From Trueperaceae bacterium (GTDB lineage Bacteria > Deinococcota > Deinococci > Deinococcales > Trueperaceae), in NCBI GenBank assembly GCA_965213925.1, contig OZ243927.1:704001-768000 (forward strand): a DNA stretch of 64,000 nucleotides, given 5' to 3'. A program made the position numbers and the translations under genes. The notes under the pieces are model-generated. The model was given only the letters and a program-made list of their open reading frames with translations, was not told the DNA's origin and made no database searches. Positions 61,554-64,000 of the stretch are shown in pieces (within the stretch, counting starts at the first letter, position 1; each line of letters begins with the position of its first letter).

Positions 61554-61952
61554 ATCATCCTCTCTCGTTGAACTTAGGTTGAAATACGTCTGTTTGAGCT
61601 TGCTGAGGCTCATCAACCCCCTTTCAAGGCGTCTGCATGAAGTGCAAACTCGCACGGTAGTCTTACACAGTTACTCAAACATGTGATGAAGAGATGGTGA
61701 GAGTCATGCCCTGCAGAGGGATTATGTAGACCAGCGTACTCAGATTTGCCACCGCTTTAGAAATCGTTGAAACAGTGGACTATATCCCTGTCAAACCTAA
61801 CAACCGTGCACTGGCGCAACACTAAGCTACCCTACAAAGGAATGACGGTGTCGCTTTGATGCGGGTAGCCTTGGAAGAGATGAGTGAAATAGCTCACAGC
61901 GGATGAACGCTGAGTTGCGACCCAACAGTAGGTTGAAAACGACGTGTCGCGT

Positions 61953-62270
61953 TCAGTTCTCCTGATAATCAATGAAGACTTTGCTGTCTTCAACCCTCGT
62001 TTGATAAAGCCGTACCTTTTTCACAGCGGGCATCGTCGGGCGTCCATTTTTAAGGTTGAACTTCGCGCCGTGCCGCTCGCACTTCACCGCGCCCTCCAGA
62101 AGTTCACCGTCATGTAAGATGCCGTTATCGTGCGTACAGCGGTCCTCTAAGGCGTAAAATTCACCCTTTTGGTGGACGAGCAAGACAGGCTTACCCCCTA
62201 TTTGGAAAGGGTGCATGGAGTTGTCGGGGAAGTCGGCGACGCTGCCGACCTCTAAGCTGGCTGTGGTCAT
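61953..62270 (-). CDS. Rieske-type ferredoxin (suf-associated)
   Basis: CTH...CERH 2Fe-2S ligands. Confidence 0.9.
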   Translation of the reverse strand: MTTASLEVGSVADFPDNSMHPFQIGGKPVLLVHQKGEFYALEDRCTHDNGILHDGELLEGAVKCERHGAKFNLKNGRPTMPAVKKVRLYQTRVEDSKVFIDYQEN

Positions 62271-62294
62271 AAAATCCTTTCGGGTTAAAAGAGA

Positions 62295-62343
62295 AAAGGA
62301 CTGAGCGTTTCTACTTTCACCTCAGTCCTCAGTCCTTTCACCT
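62295..62343. repeat. GGACTGA heptamer hairpin copy 1
   Basis: AAAGGACTGAG...CTCAGTCCTCAGTCCTTT between sufD and the Rieske gene. Confidence 0.8.
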
Positions 62344-62365
62344 CGTTACAACTGAATCCAACATC

Positions 62366-63688
62366 TCAAAGTTTTTCTTCGACCCCTGGAACTCCCAACT
62401 TCGCCTGCACAACCCGCTCCACGTATTCCGCTACCTTGGGCAGCGTCACGCGGCTCGTGACCTCATGCAAGAAGCCTGTAACGAGCACGTGCTCGGCGAC
62501 CTCGGGCTTGAGACCGCGACTCATAAGGTAAAAGCGCTGGTCTTCGGGAACAGGGGAGACCGTCGAGCCGTGCGAACAGCGCACGTCATTCGCGGCGATT
62601 TCTAGCTGCGGGATCGAGACCGCTTCGCTCTCTTCATCTAGGAGCAAGTTGCGGTTCGTCTGGTAGGCGTCGGTCTTCTGCGCGTTTTCGTCCACTACAA
62701 TATTGCCAGAGTAGACCGCCTCTGAGGAATCGCGCAGTGCGCCCTTAAATAAGAGGTCACTAAACGCATGGTCCGAGGCGTGGTGCTGCAAGGTGTACTG
62801 GTTGTAGTGCTGACCCTTATCCGCAAAGTAGAGCCCTAGCATCTCGGACTCGGAGCCTGGACCGGACAAGACGGACTCGACTTCAGCGCGCGCCGCGTCC
62901 GCGCCGAGCGAGACGGTCAGCGATTCTAAGCGGCTGTTGCGTCCAACTTTGGCGCGAATCTTGTTCAGGTGAACGACGCTGCGGCTCCAGTTTTGCAAGC
63001 TCACGTAGCGGAGCTTCGCGCCGTCGCCTAAGACGATCTCCGCGCCGCCCGAGACGAACAGCCGCTCGCCGAACTCCTCCGAAGTGTACTCGTCGATAAA
63101 GGTGGCTTTGGCGTTCGCCTCCAAGATGATCAGCGTGCGCGGCGCGGTGATGCCGCCCGCGTCGGCTGAGTTGAACGCGCCTAGCGGCAAGCTCACCTCG
63201 ACGTTACGAGGGACATACACGAACGTGCCGTTCTCCCAAAAGGCTGAGTTGAGCGCCGTGTATTTCGTCTGCTGCGCGTTGATGACGCTGAAGAGGTGCG
63301 CTTTGACGAGGTCTTCGTGCTCGCGCAGCGCGGTGCGGAGGTCCGTAAAAATGACGCCCGCTTCGCTGATCTTGCTGTTGCGGTAGACGATTTCGTTGCC
63401 CTTATGGACCAAGATGCCCTCTGCGTCCGAGTCTTCAATCCTCATCTGGATGCGCTCGGAGACGTTGCGGTCTTTGGGTGCGCCAACGGGCTCGAGCCCC
63501 TCTAACGAAAACCGCTCGAGCTGCGTGTAGCGCCACACCTCATCGCGGCGGGTAGGAAAGGGCGTCGCCTCATAGGTGCGAAACGCCGCGCGGCGCTCTT
63601 CGGCAAGCCAGGCGGGTTCACTATGCTTTTGGATTAAAGCTTCGACGGTATCGGCGGATAGGGTGGGGTTTGCGACTAAGTCTGCCAT
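62366..63688 (-). CDS. sufD: Fe-S cluster assembly protein SufD
   Basis: DEVWRYT, QKTDAYQTNRNLLL, PQLEIAANDVRCSHGST, FYLMSRG. Confidence 0.93.
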   Translation of the reverse strand: MADLVANPTLSADTVEALIQKHSEPAWLAEERRAAFRTYEATPFPTRRDEVWRYTQLERFSLEGLEPVGAPKDRNVSERIQMRIEDSDAEGILVHKGNEIVYRNSKISEAGVIFTDLRTALREHEDLVKAHLFSVINAQQTKYTALNSAFWENGTFVYVPRNVEVSLPLGAFNSADAGGITAPRTLIILEANAKATFIDEYTSEEFGERLFVSGGAEIVLGDGAKLRYVSLQNWSRSVVHLNKIRAKVGRNSRLESLTVSLGADAARAEVESVLSGPGSESEMLGLYFADKGQHYNQYTLQHHASDHAFSDLLFKGALRDSSEAVYSGNIVVDENAQKTDAYQTNRNLLLDEESEAVSIPQLEIAANDVRCSHGSTVSPVPEDQRFYLMSRGLKPEVAEHVLVTGFLHEVTSRVTLPKVAEYVERVVQAKLGVPGVEEKL

Positions 63689-63704
63689 AATGCTTCGCAA
63701 GAGA

Positions 63705-63759
63705 AAAGGACTGAGGACTGAGGTCAAAGACTTTTCTCTCAGTCCTCAGTCCTTTTACC
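63705..63759. repeat. GGACTGA heptamer hairpin copy 2
   Basis: AAAGGACTGAGGACTGAG...CTCAGTCCTCAGTCCTTT between sufB and sufD. Confidence 0.8.
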
Positions 63760-63764
63760 TGCTT

Positions 63765-64000
63765 TTACCCCACGCTCCCTTCCATCTCGAGTTCGATCAA
63801 GCGGTTTAACTCGACGGCGTACTCGAGCGGCAACTCTTTCGCCACAGGCTCTAAAAATCCACGCACGATCAGCGCGGCGGCTTCAGCTTCTTCTAAACCG
63901 CGCGACTGCAGGTAGAAAATCTGCTCGTCGTTGAGCTTCGAAACCGTCGCCTCGTGACCGACGTGCGCGGTCTTTTCGTTAATTTGGATGTACGGATAGG
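63765..64000 (-). CDS. sufB: Fe-S cluster assembly protein SufB (3' end)
   Basis: Manual translation: HEATVSKLNDEQIFYLQSRG...KELPLEYAVELNRLIELEMEGSVG*. Confidence 0.93.
   Translation of the reverse strand, partial: YPYIQINEKTAHVGHEATVSKLNDEQIFYLQSRGLEEAEAAALIVRGFLEPVAKELPLEYAVELNRLIELEMEGSVG

Noticed and set aside
61620..61950. ncRNA in the long intergenic region upstream of the SLH gene
   Set aside because: Only short stems; no recognisable family or clear terminator.

Overview
GC-rich bacterial chromosome segment, most likely Deinococcota (Truepera-like). This is inferred from an SLH/beta-barrel envelope protein, many leaderless genes with a TANNNT -10 box 5-7 nt before the start codon, multiple Uma2 nucleases and abundant CTCGAG. 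Most of the window is housekeeping: ppk2, rqcH, prfA, icd, moeA, surE, mog, sucCD, rsmI, a K+ uptake cluster (trkA, ktrBA, two trkH), lnt, sugE, actP/acs, ispF and sufBD. Accessory content includes an intact IS1-family element with an 8-bp target duplication next to a low-GC DUF4258/YgiT-like gene pair, a low-GC island with a broken S1 protease, TA-flanked MITEs (one disrupting a DUF429 gene), an ORF-less IS200/IS605-like element, a deletion scar and a miniature Acs-like ORF. The most striking signal is a nested system of very small repeats. A 21-nt unit (CCAGTCRAGCTGGAYGAACGR) occurs five times, always flanked by a 1-nt duplication. It sits in heptamer-repeat hairpins and in the IS200/IS605-like end hairpin, and three copies carry a second insert. 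No rRNA, tRNA or CRISPR array was recognised. All product calls come from motif recognition by eye, not database searches.
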